From: Squatina squatina
Taxonomy: Eukaryota
Length of the DNA stretch: 36,721 nt
Reading direction: 5' to 3'
Assembly (NCBI GenBank): GCA_031763465.1
Contig: JARFOE010000192.1
Location: forward strand, 11,475,793-11,512,513
Within the stretch, counting starts at the first letter, position 1; each line of letters starts with the position of its first letter. Below, one piece after another: positions 34,620 to 36,721 of the stretch. Under the pieces are notes generated by a model, which searched no databases, was not told the DNA's origin, and saw only the letters and a list, made by a program, of their open reading frames with translations. The translations under genes were made by a program, and so were the position numbers.

Positions 34620-35210
34620 ATGTGTGCTTGCTGTATTCAACCTTTAGTCATTAGGTTCGCATACATGAATTCCTTCACTGTTAACCATCACATCAGTTCA
34701 GGTAACATACTGAAAAGGGCAACACTCAATAGCAATAAGGAGGAAACAATGAGCTACTGTGCTTAGTATTTAATAGCCTGATGTCTGGTAAATGAAATGC
34801 TGCTGACAAATAGCTGTTCTTTGGAAGGGGAGGGTTATATTGATTTGCACTGGTAAATACTAGCACAGACACACATGCACACACAAAGGAAAACCTCAGG
34901 GCAGCTGAACTCTACAACACACAGGTGAGAAAGTGCTGATTAGCTGTGGAGCCAGCCTAGTGTAGAACTAAAAGAAAGTTATCAGATTTTGAGTAGTTAC
35001 AGTGCCAGAGTAAAATCAATGGCACTGGCCCCGAAACAATTTGTCAGCGGCACATTGTTTGCCTTTTGCCTAATGGAGCTACGTCTGAAAAGAAATGCAA
35101 CATAGCATGAAGTACTGCACCATTCGAACACAAACAGCAGGCAGCATGAGGTCATGTTCGGTAGTTTATATTTATTTTGCGTAATGAGCCAAAGTATACG
35201 GGAAGTCCAG

Positions 35211-36050
35211 NNNNNNNNNNNNNNNNNNNNNNNNNNNNNNNNNNNNNNNNNNNNNNNNNNNNNNNNNNNNNNNNNNNNNNNNNNNNNNNNNNNNNNNNNN
35301 NNNNNNNNNNNNNNNNNNNNNNNNNNNNNNNNNNNNNNNNNNNNNNNNNNNNNNNNNNNNNNNNNNNNNNNNNNNNNNNNNNNNNNNNNNNNNNNNNNNN
35401 NNNNNNNNNNNNNNNNNNNNNNNNNNNNNNNNNNNNNNNNNNNNNNNNNNNNNNNNNNNNNNNNNNNNNNNNNNNNNNNNNNNNNNNNNNNNNNNNNNNN
35501 NNNNNNNNNNNNNNNNNNNNNNNNNNNNNNNNNNNNNNNNNNNNNNNNNNNNNNNNNNNNNNNNNNNNNNNNNNNNNNNNNNNNNNNNNNNNNNNNNNNN
35601 NNNNNNNNNNNNNNNNNNNNNNNNNNNNNNNNNNNNNNNNNNNNNNNNNNNNNNNNNNNNNNNNNNNNNNNNNNNNNNNNNNNNNNNNNNNNNNNNNNNN
35701 NNNNNNNNNNNNNNNNNNNNNNNNNNNNNNNNNNNNNNNNNNNNNNNNNNNNNNNNNNNNNNNNNNNNNNNNNNNNNNNNNNNNNNNNNNNNNNNNNNNN
35801 NNNNNNNNNNNNNNNNNNNNNNNNNNNNNNNNNNNNNNNNNNNNNNNNNNNNNNNNNNNNNNNNNNNNNNNNNNNNNNNNNNNNNNNNNNNNNNNNNNNN
35901 NNNNNNNNNNNNNNNNNNNNNNNNNNNNNNNNNNNNNNNNNNNNNNNNNNNNNNNNNNNNNNNNNNNNNNNNNNNNNNNNNNNNNNNNNNNNNNNNNNNN
36001 NNNNNNNNNNNNNNNNNNNNNNNNNNNNNNNNNNNNNNNNNNNNNNNNNN
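35211..36050. other. 840-N assembly gap (the largest; most others are 100 N or 10 N)
   Basis: Read directly from the sequence. Confidence 0.98.
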
Positions 36051-36554
36051 TTGCACCTTGTATTAAAAAATTATATTTTTCATTATTGTATTAAAAACAT
36101 TATAATTAAAAGTGCATTGTAAAAGTTCACCTTACAGCAGTCAATGGTTTCTGCTGCAGTTCAAACTTTCCCCAACAGCCAAAATGGCAGTGTTAGACAA
36201 TGTGATTTAAGCAGGCAAATCCAGCAACTAAATCTACGTGATCACTCTCCAATAAAGGTACACTGTCCCTTCAAACATTCAATCACGGATAGAGTCTGGG
36301 CAGTTTCCAGTAGCAACAGCATCTTTATGACATCACCATGCAAGGGCTAAGTTCAGCAAGTGGCTTCCCTAATTTGAGAAGTGGATTACTGAAAATGATA
36401 AAATATAGTGCAAAAATGTGGAATTAATACACTCACAGACTACCATTGCTCAATTAAACTACAGAAAATAATATTTATATTAAACTCATATTTTATGAAA
36501 GAATTCTCAAAAGAGTATGTTGTCATTGTTTGGTTAAGAGTACCCTGTGTTGTA

Positions 36555-36721
36555 GTGCTTTTGACAAGGTACCACACTGGAGGCTTCTCTACAAGAGTGA
36601 AGCCTCTGATATTAGCGGTGATATATTGAGCTGGATTGAGAACTGGCTGGAAGAATGTAGGCAGAAAGCAGTTATTGATGGATTCGGATCTGTTTGGAGG
36701 CACACCAGTGGTGTCACACAG
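36555..36721 (+). mobile_element. Degenerate CR1 LINE reverse transcriptase fragment
   Basis: AFDKVPHWRL...ILSWIENWL...RQKAVIDG...TSGV(P/T)Q motifs of CR1 RT, with frameshifts. Runs off the window end. Confidence 0.85.

Noticed and set aside
35154-36122. Longest ORFs in the track (294-322 aa)
   Set aside because: Almost entirely N. Many other listed ORFs are likewise inflated by 100-N gaps.
1-36721. Prokaryotic or viral systems (CRISPR array, operon, endogenous virus, intact transposase or RT)
   Set aside because: No regularly spaced repeats and no long intact ORFs. All retroelement pieces are short and truncated, and most are frameshifted.

Overview
Eukaryotic (vertebrate) genomic DNA, most likely from a shark or other cartilaginous fish. 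This is inferred from the repeat landscape: CR1, L2, RTE and Penelope retroelement fragments, a DeuSINE-like SINE, an LF-SINE-like element and GC-rich MITE-like elements. The assembly is fragmented, with many fixed 100-N and 10-N gaps and one 840-N gap. The window holds one protein-coding gene on the minus strand, ZNF385D (matrin/U1-type C2H2 zinc-finger RNA-binding protein). I located six coding exons by hand: 31965-32107, 27262-27372, 19828-19990, 15793-15974, 15550-15651 and 14578-14789. All have canonical GT-AG borders except the last, whose acceptor is lost in a gap. A candidate first coding exon lies at 33528-33549. The exon for most of zinc finger 2 is not visible and probably lies in a gap. 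Positions 1-14.1 kb are intergenic or 3' flank with transposon fossils. I found no convincing novel biological system. The best leads are RNA-level features at ZNF385D (an open-frame intron inside finger 3, inverted CR1 tails around exons 6-7, and a downstream hairpin and nuclear-receptor motif cluster) plus the LF-SINE-like copy. Homology calls come from recalled family sequences, not database searches.
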